Source: a bacterium (GTDB lineage Bacteria > Bacillota > Clostridia > Christensenellales > CAG-138). From it: a DNA stretch of 64,000 nucleotides. The translations under genes and the position numbers were made by a program. This document shows positions 8,500 to 18,113 of this stretch, one piece after another; position 1 is the first letter of the stretch, and each line of letters begins with the position of its first letter. The DNA is taken from assembly GCA_022778545.1 (NCBI GenBank), contig JALFDW010000037.1:8020-72019 (forward strand), read 5' to 3'. Below the pieces are notes generated by a model that saw nothing but the letters and a program-made list of their open reading frames with translations, did no database searches and was not told the origin of the DNA.

Positions 8500-10905
8500 T
8501 TATGCTCTGAGCTGTGCGCCAAGGCGCGCTGCAAGCGTATCGATCACGCACTTCATAGCCTGCTGGATCTCGTCATCATTGAGCGTATGGTCGTTTGCAG
8601 AAAGCGAGAACGAATACGCCATGCTCTTTTTGCCCACCGGGATGCCCACGCCGCGGTACACGTCAAACAGCTCCGCATCGCCGATCGTCACCGCAGCGGG
8701 TGCCCGCAGGATCGCTTCCTTCACAGCCGCCGCGCTTATGCTTTCATCGACCACGACCGCGATGTCACGCGGGACCTTCGGGAAGCGCGGCAGAGGCGCA
8801 TAGGTGCGTTTTCCGCCCTTGTGCGCGCGCAGCTTCTCAACATTGATCTCCGCATAATATACCTTTTGCGGAATGCCCCACACCTTCTGCACCTTGGGGT
8901 GGACTGCGCCAAACTCACCGATGGCCTCGCCGTCTGCAAGCAGCAGCGCCTTCTGCCCGGGCTGGAAGTATTCTCCGCCGCCCGGCACAACCGAGCAGTA
9001 CTCCTGCATGCGGAACGCCTCGAGCACCGCCTCAATGCTCCCCTTGAGCGTAAAGAAGTCCTCATCCTCCCCGCTGAAAGCAATGCCGAGCATCTTGCGT
9101 TCTTCCGGCAGATCGGCATTGTTGTCAAAATGCACGTTCCCGACCTCGAAGAAGCGTGCCTGGCCCGTTTTGCGGCTGAAGTTGCGCGCGAGGGAATCGA
9201 GCACACCCGCAAGCAGCGTCGTGCGCATAAGGCTCTGATCCTCACCGAAGGGGTTGAGGAGCTTCACTGCAAGGCGTTTTTCATCGCCTTCCGGGATGCG
9301 CAGCGCGTCAAGCGCCGCGGGGCCGGTGAAGTTGTAATTGTACATCTCACAGCAGCCCTGCGCAACGAGCGTATCCTTGATGGCATCCTCATCCTTCAGA
9401 TCCTCTCCGATCCGGCCGCGGAAGGTATTGCCGGTCATCAGCGTGGGTGGGATGTTGTCATAGCCGTAAATGCGGCCGACTTCCTCCGCAATGTCCCAAT
9501 CCGCCTCAATGCCGCTTTCGATATCCGTGCGGAAATGCGGCACATCCACACGCAGCTTGTCGCCGCAGACCTCGGAGGAGATGTTGATGGTAGCAAGCAT
9601 CTTCACCATGTCCTCCGGTACGATACTCGTGTTCAGGATCTTGTTCACATGGGCGTAATCCACATCGATCACGCGCGGAGAAACATCCGCCGCGCAAACG
9701 TCGATCGCCTCGCCGATCACCTTGCCCGCATGGAGATCGTCCACAAGTTCGATGGCCCGTTCCAGCGCAAGGTAAGCATTCACCGGCTCCACGCCCTTAA
9801 TGAAGCGCGCGGCTGCGTCTGTCACATGGCGCAGTTTGCGCGTCGTCGCGCGGATGTTGCTGCCCTTAAAGGCCGCTGCCTCGAAAAGCGTCGCCTTGGT
9901 GTTCTCCGTGATCTCGGAGTTTTCGCCGCCCATCACGCCCGCGATGCCGACGCCCTTCTCCGGGTCCGCAATGAGGAGCATTTCCGGCGTCACGGCGCGC
10001 TCCTTGCCATCGAGCGTTACGACGGTCTCGCCCTCATGCGCGTTGCGCACAACGATGTGCCCATCCGCCACACAGGCCAGGTCAAACGCATGCATCGGGT
10101 GGCCGTATTCCACAAGAACATAGTTCGTGATGTCCACGATGTTGTTGATCGGCCGCATGCCGACCGCGCGGAGCCTCCGCTGCATCCACTTCGGGGAAGG
10201 CTCGATTACAAGATCCGTCACAACGCGCGCGGCATAACGCGGGCAAAGCTCCGTGTTTTCCACGGTAACGCTCGCATAATCCGCCGTGTTTCCGGTGCCG
10301 GCGACCGGGCGGATCACAGGCTCCCTGAACTTCTGCCCAAGCGCAGCCGCAGCCTCGCGGCAGATGCCGATGATGCTCTGGCAATCCGCACGGTTCGGGG
10401 TCAGTTCGATATCGAAAATGATGTCGTCCATGCCGATCGCGGTCTGAATCGGCTGGCCAAGTGGATGCTCCTCCTGCAGGATCATGATACCGTTGAATTC
10501 CGCGCCGGGGTAATCCGCCTCCGTAAGGCCGAGCTCCTTGCCGGAGCAGAGCATGCCCGCGCTTTCCACGCCGCGCATGTTCGTGGGCCTGATCTCGATC
10601 CCGCCCACGAGTTTTGCGCCATCCAGCGCCACAGGCACGAGCGCGCCTTCAAACACGTTCGTCGCGCCCGTCACGATGCAGAGCGGCGTTTCCCCGCCCA
10701 CATCGATGGAGCAGATCTGCAATTTGTCCGCGTTCGGATGCTTTTCAAGCGCATTGATGCGCCCCACCACAACGCCGGAAACGTTGGGCATCTCGTCCAG
10801 AATATCGGCGACCTCGAAGCCGCGCCACATCATGCGCTCCACGAATTCCTCGGGCGTCACATTCCATTCCACATAATCCTTCAACCAGCTCAATGGCAGT
10901 TTCAT
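8500..10905 (-). CDS. pheT: Phenylalanine--tRNA ligase beta subunit
   Basis: MKLPLSWL, HPNADKL, ELTPNRADC, B3/4 domain, EEVGRIYGY, FDX-ACB C-terminus. Confidence 0.98.
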   Translation of the reverse strand: MKLPLSWLKDYVEWNVTPEEFVERMMWRGFEVADILDEMPNVSGVVVGRINALEKHPNADKLQICSIDVGGETPLCIVTGATNVFEGALVPVALDGAKLVGGIEIRPTNMRGVESAGMLCSGKELGLTEADYPGAEFNGIMILQEEHPLGQPIQTAIGMDDIIFDIELTPNRADCQSIIGICREAAAALGQKFREPVIRPVAGTGNTADYASVTVENTELCPRYAARVVTDLVIEPSPKWMQRRLRAVGMRPINNIVDITNYVLVEYGHPMHAFDLACVADGHIVVRNAHEGETVVTLDGKERAVTPEMLLIADPEKGVGIAGVMGGENSEITENTKATLFEAAAFKGSNIRATTRKLRHVTDAAARFIKGVEPVNAYLALERAIELVDDLHAGKVIGEAIDVCAADVSPRVIDVDYAHVNKILNTSIVPEDMVKMLATINISSEVCGDKLRVDVPHFRTDIESGIEADWDIAEEVGRIYGYDNIPPTLMTGNTFRGRIGEDLKDEDAIKDTLVAQGCCEMYNYNFTGPAALDALRIPEGDEKRLAVKLLNPFGEDQSLMRTTLLAGVLDSLARNFSRKTGQARFFEVGNVHFDNNADLPEERKMLGIAFSGEDEDFFTLKGSIEAVLEAFRMQEYCSVVPGGGEYFQPGQKALLLADGEAIGEFGAVHPKVQKVWGIPQKVYYAEINVEKLRAHKGGKRTYAPLPRFPKVPRDIAVVVDESISAAAVKEAILRAPAAVTIGDAELFDVYRGVGIPVGKKSMAYSFSLSANDHTLNDDEIQQAMKCVIDTLAARLGAQLRA

Positions 10906-10920
10906 ATTCCGATCCCTCCC

Positions 10921-11943
10921 TTAGAATTGGCGCAGGAAGCGCGCGTCGTTTTCGTACTCAAGGCGGATGTCCGTGATGCCGTACTTAAGGCTCGTCACAC
11001 GGTCCACGCCGATGCCGAAGGCAATGGCCTTCCACTCATGCGGGTCAAGACCGCAGTTTTCAAGCTCGTGCGGGTTCGTAACGCCGCAACCGAGGATCTC
11101 GATCCAGCCCGTGCCCTTGCAGACGCGGCAGCCCTTTCCCCCGCAGATGGAGCAGGAAATGTCCACCTCTGCGGAAGGCTCCGTGAACGGGAAGTAGCTC
11201 GGGCGGAAACGCGTGCGCACATCCTCGCCGAACACGGCATGCACGAACGTATCGAGCGTGCCTTTCAGATCTGCAAGCGTGATGTCACGATCCACCACAA
11301 AGCCCTCCATCTGCATGAACACCGGGCTGTGGCTTGCATCCACCTCATCCACGCGGAACACGCGGCCGGGCATGACGAGCCGGAACGGAGGTTTGAGCGT
11401 CATGAGAGCGCGCGCCTCGCAGGGGGAAGTATGCGTGCGCAGCACCACGCGGTCGTTGATATAGAAGGTATCCTGCATGTCGCGCGCCGGATGGTCGAGC
11501 GGCAGGTTCAGCCTCGTGAAGTTGTAATCGTCATACTCCACCTCAGGACCGCCAAACGTGGTGAAGCCCATGCCGATGAGCGCGTCGCGGATCTCGCGGT
11601 ACGTCCGCGTCATCGGGTGCAGATGGCCGGCCGGCAGCCTGCGCTTGCCGGGTTCCGTCACATCAAGCGCTTCCTTTTCAAAGCGGCGTTCGAGCATCAG
11701 CTCCGCGATCTTTTCGCGCCGCACGCCGATGGCTTCCTCCAGCTCCTTCTTCACGGCATTCGATGCCTGGCCGAGCTTTGCGCGCTGCTCCTTATCAAGC
11801 TTGCCCATGGTGCGCAGAATCTCCGTCAGCGCACCGTTGCGGCCCAGCACGGAAACGTTGAGCGCGTCGAGCTCTTTCTCGTCCCGCACTTCCTTCAGGC
11901 GGTCAAGCGTTTCCTGCCTGATCTTCTGCAATGCGTCGATCAT
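10921..11943 (-). CDS. pheS: Phenylalanine--tRNA ligase alpha subunit
   Basis: HPARDMQDTFY, LRTHTS, RPSYFPFTEPS, AFGIGVDR. Confidence 0.98.
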   Translation of the reverse strand: MIDALQKIRQETLDRLKEVRDEKELDALNVSVLGRNGALTEILRTMGKLDKEQRAKLGQASNAVKKELEEAIGVRREKIAELMLERRFEKEALDVTEPGKRRLPAGHLHPMTRTYREIRDALIGMGFTTFGGPEVEYDDYNFTRLNLPLDHPARDMQDTFYINDRVVLRTHTSPCEARALMTLKPPFRLVMPGRVFRVDEVDASHSPVFMQMEGFVVDRDITLADLKGTLDTFVHAVFGEDVRTRFRPSYFPFTEPSAEVDISCSICGGKGCRVCKGTGWIEILGCGVTNPHELENCGLDPHEWKAIAFGIGVDRVTSLKYGITDIRLEYENDARFLRQF

Positions 11944-11964
11944 AATGAAATGAACCTCCGAAAA

Positions 11965-12210
11965 ATATAATAAGCGCGCCTCGCCGAAGGGACGAAGGCG
12001 CGCTCGTGGTACCACCCTAATTCGCCCCGCTGCCACGGGGCCTTTTCCGCTGTAACGGGCTTACCCGGCACCGACTACGCACCTGCTTTCGGAGCAGGCT
12101 TCCCCGGCGCGGCTTGGGAGCGAACTTCGCGCACCGCTTCTCCGCAGGCCGCTTCCAGCATTGCGGCCCTCTCTGGAACGGGCAAACGGCGCTTTTCTCC
12201 GTCATCGCCT
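11965..12210 (-). promoter_or_regulatory. T-box riboswitch (Phe, specifier UUC)
   Basis: AGAGA and GCTG stem-I motifs, GAAG-TTC-GCTCC specifier (12124-12122), T-box AATTAGGGTGGTACCACG (12022-12005), terminator GCGCGCC/GGCGCGC; promoter TTGAAA-17-TATGAT upstream. Confidence 0.93.
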
Positions 12211-12340
12211 ATGTTTCTTGGTGCATCATAGCACAAAACGGAAGAGATTTCAACGGTGGTTTCCGTTTTTCCGCCGAAAAGCAAACGCGGGCGGCAATGC
12301 TTCTCTTTGCCGCCCGTACCGTTTCAATCTATCTTCTGTT

Positions 12341-13174
12341 TTATTCCACGCTCTCTGCAATGCGCAGGAATTCTTCCGAAGGCGCCTCGCCGTATTCGCT
12401 GATCTCATACAGTTCAACACTGTATATCTTCTCCGCCTCCGCGCCGTATTTTTCAGCGAGCCTCTCCCGGTGCTTCCCGCACTGTGCCCTGCCCAAACCG
12501 TGATACCGTTCCGCAAGCAATGCGACCTGCTTTTCACGCGGCCACGCGATCCGTCCCATATGATCCGGCCAATACATCCAGTCGAAATACTGGCACGCAT
12601 GGCAGGAAGCAAGTTGCACCTTAAAATCCACCCGCTCCCTGGAGACGGGAACGATGATGTCCGCGCTGTGCGGATACGGCTTTTTGAAATCATCTGCCCA
12701 GAACAGGATGGCAGGCGTGTGCGCGAGATACGGCGTATCCGCGCAAATGTGCGGGACGGTGAGCAGGAAGGATGCATCCTGCACCAGAAGCGACACATTC
12801 CGGTGATCCGCATGATAATCGTTCGGGCGATTCGTGAGGATCACATCCGGCCGGTAGCGGCGGATATAGCGGATGAGGTGTTCCCGTGCGGCAAGCGTCA
12901 CTTCCAGCCGCCCATCCGGGTAATCCAGCACATCATAACGCGCATCGAGCAGGCGGCCGCTTGCCGCAGCCTCACTGCGCCGTTTCAGCTTCAGCTCCTC
13001 CGCGCTTTCGTCCATGTGATAAGTTCCCGCGCTTCCATCCGTCACCGAAAGCAGGCGCACCTGCCAGCCTGCCTCGCGCAGCTTGGAAAGCAAGCCGCCC
13101 GAATATGTGTCCGCATCATCCGGGTGCGCACCGATGCTCAAAATTCTGCGTTGTTCTTCCATGTTCTCCTCCAT
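12341..13174 (-). CDS. PIG-L/LmbE family N-acetyl deacetylase
   Basis: GAHPDD and DYHADH motifs, RRSEA. Confidence 0.9.
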   Translation of the reverse strand: MEENMEEQRRILSIGAHPDDADTYSGGLLSKLREAGWQVRLLSVTDGSAGTYHMDESAEELKLKRRSEAAASGRLLDARYDVLDYPDGRLEVTLAAREHLIRYIRRYRPDVILTNRPNDYHADHRNVSLLVQDASFLLTVPHICADTPYLAHTPAILFWADDFKKPYPHSADIIVPVSRERVDFKVQLASCHACQYFDWMYWPDHMGRIAWPREKQVALLAERYHGLGRAQCGKHRERLAEKYGAEAEKIYSVELYEISEYGEAPSEEFLRIAESVE

Positions 13175-13187
13175 CGTTTTCCTTTAT

Positions 13188-13916
13188 TCACAATTCAGCA
13201 CAATTCAAATCAAAATCACATATCACCGTCACATCCGGGTGCAACTGCAAAAAGCTCGCCGGAACCTCCGGATCGACCTTGCCCGAAACCGCCTTTTGCA
13301 GCGCTTCCCTTTTCTGTTCGCCCGAGGCAAGCAGCAGAATGCGCTTCGCCCGCATAATCCCGCCCATGCCGAGCGTGAGCGCGCTGCGCGGCACATCGTC
13401 AAGGCTTTTGAAATTGCGGCTGTTTGCAAGGCGGGTGCTTTCGGCAAGCGTTACGGTATGCGTATGCACATCGAGCGCCCGCGCCGGCTCATTAAAGCCG
13501 ATATGCCCGTTTTTCCCGATACCAAGCAGCTGAAGGTCAATGCCGCCAAGCGCTTCGCACAGCGCATCATACCGCCGGCATTCCAAAGCCGGATTTTCCG
13601 CGAGGCCATTCGGGATATGCGTATTTTCCCGCTGCACATTGATGCGGGAAAACAGGTGTTTTTCCATAAAATAGCGGTAGCTTTGCGGATCGTCCGCGCC
13701 GAGGCCGGCATATTCATCCAAATTAACGGTGCGCACATGCCGGAACGTTGCCCGCCCTTCCCGATACGCTTCGGCAAGGCAGTCATATGCGCCAATGGGC
13801 GTGCTGCCTGTCGCAAGCCCGAGCACACAATCCGGCTTTTCCCGCACCGCGGCAAGGATGATCTCCGCCGTCCGGCAGCTCAGCGCCGCATAGTTTTCGT
13901 CCTGAATAATTCTCAT
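13188..13916 (-). CDS. nagB: Glucosamine-6-phosphate deaminase
   Basis: LGLATGSTP, NLDEY, LLGIGKNGHIGFNEP, PASFLQLH. Confidence 0.95.
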   Translation of the reverse strand: MRIIQDENYAALSCRTAEIILAAVREKPDCVLGLATGSTPIGAYDCLAEAYREGRATFRHVRTVNLDEYAGLGADDPQSYRYFMEKHLFSRINVQRENTHIPNGLAENPALECRRYDALCEALGGIDLQLLGIGKNGHIGFNEPARALDVHTHTVTLAESTRLANSRNFKSLDDVPRSALTLGMGGIMRAKRILLLASGEQKREALQKAVSGKVDPEVPASFLQLHPDVTVICDFDLNCAEL

Positions 13917-13920
13917 TAGT

Positions 13921-15123
13921 TCATACTCCCATATCCATTTTTTGCAGAATACGTTGGATTGTCTGCTCCACAACGATGCAGCTTATGCCATAAAGGCTTG
14001 CATTGGATCCCATTTTGGTGAGGCGCACCGTCAGGTTTGGTTGAACAGAGCGCACAAGCCGTTTCTCCACAAACTGCATTACAGTCGGGTAGCAGGCTGC
14101 ACAGCCGGCGAACAAGTTGCCCCAAAGAGCGATCGTATCCGGATTGTAGGCGCAGGAGATATCGCTGATGGCAATCGCGATATATTCGCTCACCTCCAAC
14201 AGCAGCGCATGCAGCTTCTGATTACCCGCTTTAAGCCCCGCATTGATGCTTGCGAGCGAGCCATAAGCGGGATCGATCTCCTTTGCACGTTCAATAACTG
14301 CAGATTCGCTGATCGTCCTTTCAAAGCTGCCGCGGTATTCGCACTTCTCAGGGCGCAGGCCCTCCAGCCCGGCGTTAAAATGCCCGATCTCACCCGCTGC
14401 GTTGCGGCTGCCCCGCAGGAGCCTTCCATCCACGATCGCAGCGCTGCCTACACCTGCCCAGCCAAGCTTTAAGTAGACGATGTTCTCCGTGCTCTCCCCG
14501 GCGCAGGAAAGCAGATACTGCTCTCCGAGCAAAGCCGCTTTGCAGTCATTCTCCACAAACGCGGGCATGCCAAGCACATCTTCAAGGATAGCAACGCCAT
14601 CCACATCCGCCCAGTGCATTTGACTTGATCCAGATATGACGCCTGTTTCAAGAACGTGGCCGGAAATGCTGATACCACAACAGGCAACTTTTTCAACAGG
14701 CACGCCAGCATCGCGGCAAAGCTCCGGCAGCATCTCCTTGAGCGTCTCCGCCATATTGCGAAACGTTATCCCCTCTGCCATGATAAGCTCACGGTATGCC
14801 ACATTTTTCGCTGACATATCTACCAACGAAACCTTGCTCACGTTCGGCGTCGCGTCCATGCAGAGACAATATGCCGCACTCGCACGAACTTCAAGCAGCG
14901 TACTTGGCCGGCCGGACGTCCCTGCGGATGCAATCGAATGCTCGGCAATCAGGCCGATCCCCTGCAATTCGTTTACGATGCGCGTCATGCTCGTTGCGCT
15001 GAGGCCCGTGCGCTTTGCGAGCGCAGCACGGGACAAAGGGCCCTCCCGCTTCACAAGATCAAAAATCAGCTTGAGGTTATGATACTTCAAATCAGCCTGT
15101 GACCTTGGAGCCTCATGATACAT
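13921..15123 (-). CDS. ROK family transcriptional regulator
   Basis: N-terminal HTH (SRAALAKRTGLSATSMTRIV..L, GRPS), ENDCKA, AGEIGH. Confidence 0.92.
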   Translation of the reverse strand: MYHEAPRSQADLKYHNLKLIFDLVKREGPLSRAALAKRTGLSATSMTRIVNELQGIGLIAEHSIASAGTSGRPSTLLEVRASAAYCLCMDATPNVSKVSLVDMSAKNVAYRELIMAEGITFRNMAETLKEMLPELCRDAGVPVEKVACCGISISGHVLETGVISGSSQMHWADVDGVAILEDVLGMPAFVENDCKAALLGEQYLLSCAGESTENIVYLKLGWAGVGSAAIVDGRLLRGSRNAAGEIGHFNAGLEGLRPEKCEYRGSFERTISESAVIERAKEIDPAYGSLASINAGLKAGNQKLHALLLEVSEYIAIAISDISCAYNPDTIALWGNLFAGCAACYPTVMQFVEKRLVRSVQPNLTVRLTKMGSNASLYGISCIVVEQTIQRILQKMDMGV

Positions 15124-15179
15124 TGTGTTTCTCCATCCCACTACTATTTTTCCCGTTCCTCGCTGTAAGCATCAAGCTC

Positions 15180-15380
15180 ACATTCGTTTCGGCGAGTTCC
15201 ACGATCATACCCTTGTAAATCACTGCAATGCGGTTTGTGATAAACCGCATAATCAACCATTGCGCGTTCACTCAGGCTCGCCGTCGGATTCTGAAAGATC
15301 AACTGAATATTTTTGATGACTTCCCTGTCGCTTTCCCGATCAATCTTGCCCGAAATCCGTTTCCCTTTATAATTAAAGTT
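15180..15380 (-). pseudogene. oppF: Internally deleted remnant of an OppF-type ABC ATPase
   Basis: Minus strand reads YKGKRISGKIDRESDREVIKNIQLIFQNPTASLSERAMVDY, then in another frame IMRFITNRIAVIYKGMIVELAET; these are Q-loop and post-H-loop OppF segments with the middle missing. Confidence 0.75.
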
Positions 15381-15447
15381 CTGAGTATTCCCTGCGGGCT
15401 CTGCATCCGCAAATCAAAATCGCATTAAACGGCGTGTTCCTCAATAG

Positions 15448-15493
15448 CTAACACCGCGTTAGTAAATATATCACTCGATTTTATGTTTGTCAA
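15448..15493 (-). promoter_or_regulatory. Sigma-A promoter with palindromic operator for the amino-sugar operon
   Basis: TTGACA (15493-15488)-17-TATATT (15470-15465), TG extension; CTAAC-N5-GTTAG palindrome at 15448-15462 over the predicted +1. Confidence 0.65.
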
Positions 15494-15595
15494 CAACATA
15501 TATGTTTCATTTAATAGCATGGTGAAATTTTATGGGAAACATGGTATACTCGTTCTAATATATCAAATTTGCAAAACGAATGAGAGGATTTGGAA

Positions 15596-16438
15596 ATGAA
15601 GATCAACGTTTTTGATATCGGCGGCACATTTGTGAAGTATGGCATTTGGGATGGCGCCGCCTTGCATGCCATGGGAGAATTCCCTTCCTGCGGGCAGGAG
15701 GGTGCCGCGCGGCTGATCGCGCGGCTGAATGCTGTCATGAATACCCTTGGCGCAGCGGATGCGATCGGTATTTGCACGCGCGGCCAGATCAACTGCGAAA
15801 GCGGCGTTGTGATTTATGATCCTCCGCACATCATTCCCGGCTATACCGGCACAAACCTGAAGGCCTCTTTCGCAGATTTCGGCGTTCCGGTGGCTGTAGA
15901 AAATGACGTAAATTGCATGTCGCTTGCTGAAGCCCAGTTTTTCCCGAACTCCGGAAATGGCGATCTCATCTGCCTGACCTACGGCACCTGCGTTGGCGGT
16001 GCAATCGTGCGCAACGGAGAAGTTTATCACGGAGCCAACTGGTCCGCCGGCGAATTCGGTATGATCTACTCCGGTGGGCGTTACTATGAAGATATTGCAA
16101 GCGTTTCCGCGCTTGTGGAACGCATTCGAGCCGTGGATCCGCAGCTTGACAGCGGACGGAAGATCGCAGCAGTGCTTGACAGACCGGATATCGCTCCGCT
16201 TGTTGACGCCTGGGTCAGCGACGTTGCGGATGGCCTTGCCTCGCTGATTCATATCTTTGATCCGGCTGCAGTCATAACTGGCGGTGGCTTCATTGAAAAC
16301 GAGCGCGTGTTTGAACGTATCAGTACTTACACCCGGCAACGCGTTGCTCCGGGTTTTCATGCGCTGCTTTCCCCTGCCCGCTATGGCAACCGGGCAGGCC
16401 TCATTGGGGCTGCACGCCTCGCTGAATCTCTTCTCTGA
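15596..16438 (+). CDS. ROK family sugar kinase
   Basis: FDIGGT ATP-binding motif, ENDVNC, AGEFG, no HTH. Confidence 0.9.
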   Translation: MKINVFDIGGTFVKYGIWDGAALHAMGEFPSCGQEGAARLIARLNAVMNTLGAADAIGICTRGQINCESGVVIYDPPHIIPGYTGTNLKASFADFGVPVAVENDVNCMSLAEAQFFPNSGNGDLICLTYGTCVGGAIVRNGEVYHGANWSAGEFGMIYSGGRYYEDIASVSALVERIRAVDPQLDSGRKIAAVLDRPDIAPLVDAWVSDVADGLASLIHIFDPAAVITGGGFIENERVFERISTYTRQRVAPGFHALLSPARYGNRAGLIGAARLAESLL

Positions 16439-16462
16439 AAAACGGCACAACATCGCCGCAAA

Positions 16463-16493
16463 AGAGCGCCACCAGCCAAAGGCTGGTGGCTCT
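16463..16493. terminator. Hairpin after ROK kinase, abutting the IS left end
   Basis: GCCACCAGCC-AAA-GGCTGGTGGC perfect inverted repeat. Confidence 0.55.
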
Positions 16494-18066
16494 CAGCCAG
16501 TCGAAAAAGGTCCAGAATAGCTGGGTTTATTCGTATTTATATGGTAGAATAAGCATGGGTGATGAAAGATGCTTGAACGAGGGAAACTGGATCGTGGAAT
16601 CGTAAAGATTGTGGACACAGAAAGTTGGGTGCCGAAAGACCATCTGCTGAGAAAAATAGATTTGGCAGTGGATTTTAACCGGCTCTATGAAATGGTGGAA
16701 CCGCTGTACAGTGAAGATAACGGACGGCCCAGCGTAGACCCGGTGGTACTGTTCAAGATGGTTCTGATCCAACATCTGTACGGACTGCCATCCCTGCGGA
16801 GAACAGCGGATGAAGTGGGCTTGAATGTAGCTTACCGCTGGTTTCTGGACTATACGCTGCAGGAGGAAACGCCGCATTTTTCCACGGTGAGTTATATTTC
16901 CGTCATCGGTTTACAGAGGATACAGTGAACCAGATCTTTCGCTGGATACTGGAAGAAGCAGCGGAAGCAGGATACCTGTCCCCGAAGGCCGTGTTTATAG
17001 ACGGCACTCATATCAAGGCAAACGCCAATACGAAGAAGCAGATCAAAGAGCAGGTGCCTGTGGCATCCAGGCATTATACGAAGGAGCTGATGGCGGAGGT
17101 CAACGCAGACAGAGAGGTACACGGCAAAAAGCCGTTTGACGATGATGACGATGATCCGCCGACAGCACCTAAGAAACGAAAAGACAGCACTTCCAGGAAG
17201 AAGCTGGCCCGCAGGAAGAAAGAGAAAAAACACACGGTAACAAAGAGCGTAACTGACCCGAACAGCGACCTGTTCGTAAAGGGGGGCCACAAGCGGCAGT
17301 TCGCTTACGAAGCCCATACTGCATGTGACAAACACGGTTTTGTGTTGAAGACAGCGGTAACTCCAGGCAATGTTCATGACAGTGTTGCTTTTGATGAGGT
17401 ATACGACAAGGTAACGAAGGCATTCCCTGAAGTAGAGACCATTGTTGCAGATTCCGCTTATAAGACTCCGCATATTTGCAGGAAAGTATTTGGCGATGGC
17501 AGAGTTCTCTCCGCAACCTATAAGCGTCCCCAAACGATGAAGGGCGGACATGAGTGCTGGAAATACGTCTATGATGAGTTTTACGACTGCGTCATTTGCC
17601 CCGAATACCAGATTCTGAAATACAGCACCACCAACCGGAATGGATACCGGGAATACAAGAGCACCCCAAAGATCTGCGCCAATTGCCCTACCAGAGAACT
17701 CTGTACCCATTCCAAGGATTGTGTAAAGACGGTACAGCGTCATATCTGGAAAGGATATGAGGAACTGGCAGATGATGCCCGATACACGTCTGAGTGCCAG
17801 GACCTTTACAAGAAACGCAAAGAAACGATTGAACGGGACTTTGCGGATGCGAAGGAAAAATACGCCATGCGTTATACGCAGTACAGAGGCTTGGCCCAGG
17901 TGACAAACTGGGTGAAGCTTAAATTTGTTGCTATGAACCTCAAAAAACTGGCGAGGTGGAAATGGAATGACTCTGTCCATTTCCTGTTTTCTCTCCTGCT
18001 TTCCCCATTATATGCCGAAACCCCGCTTGCCGCCTAATGCGCAATCGGGGTTTCTCGACAGGCTGA
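16493..18066 (+). mobile_element. IS1182-family insertion sequence
   Basis: Terminal IRs TCAGCCAGTCGAAAAA (16493-16508) and TTTCTCGACAGGCTGA (18051-18066), 14/16 match; more AT-rich than flanks; DDE transposase inside. Confidence 0.88.
16569..18037 (+). pseudogene. IS1182-family transposase split by a 1-nt frameshift near 16897
   Basis: DUF772-like N-terminus (GRPSVDPVVLFKM, AYRWFL) and DDE part (IDGTHIKANA, ADSAY, RKETIERDFAD) lie in different frames; adding one base restores SYNFRHRF. Confidence 0.85.
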
Positions 18067-18092
18067 AGCGCCGCCCATTTCGGGCAGCGCTT
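18066..18092 (-). terminator. rplS terminator hairpin abutting the IS right end
   Basis: AAGCGCCGCCC-ATTTC-GGGCAGCGCTT inverted repeat. Confidence 0.55.
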
Positions 18093-18113
18093 GCTTCTAC
18101 CGTTTTGTATGTG

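Noticed and set aside
8485-11970. 1161-aa plus-strand ORF, and similar long ORFs at 24496-28017, 30905-33385, 4134-6092 and 54662-56695
   Set aside because: Antisense shadows of clear genes (pheST, smc, pta-ackA, pcrA, the Zn-ribbon protein); expected from GC-rich codon usage; no motifs or SD.
16466-16492. Hairpin as an IS200/IS605 end or REP element
   Set aside because: Single copy, no tnpA or tnpB nearby; a terminator after the ROK kinase is the simpler reading.
16880-16930. Programmed ribosomal frameshift in the transposase
   Set aside because: No slippery heptamer; IS1182 transposases are single ORFs; a 1-nt deletion explains it.
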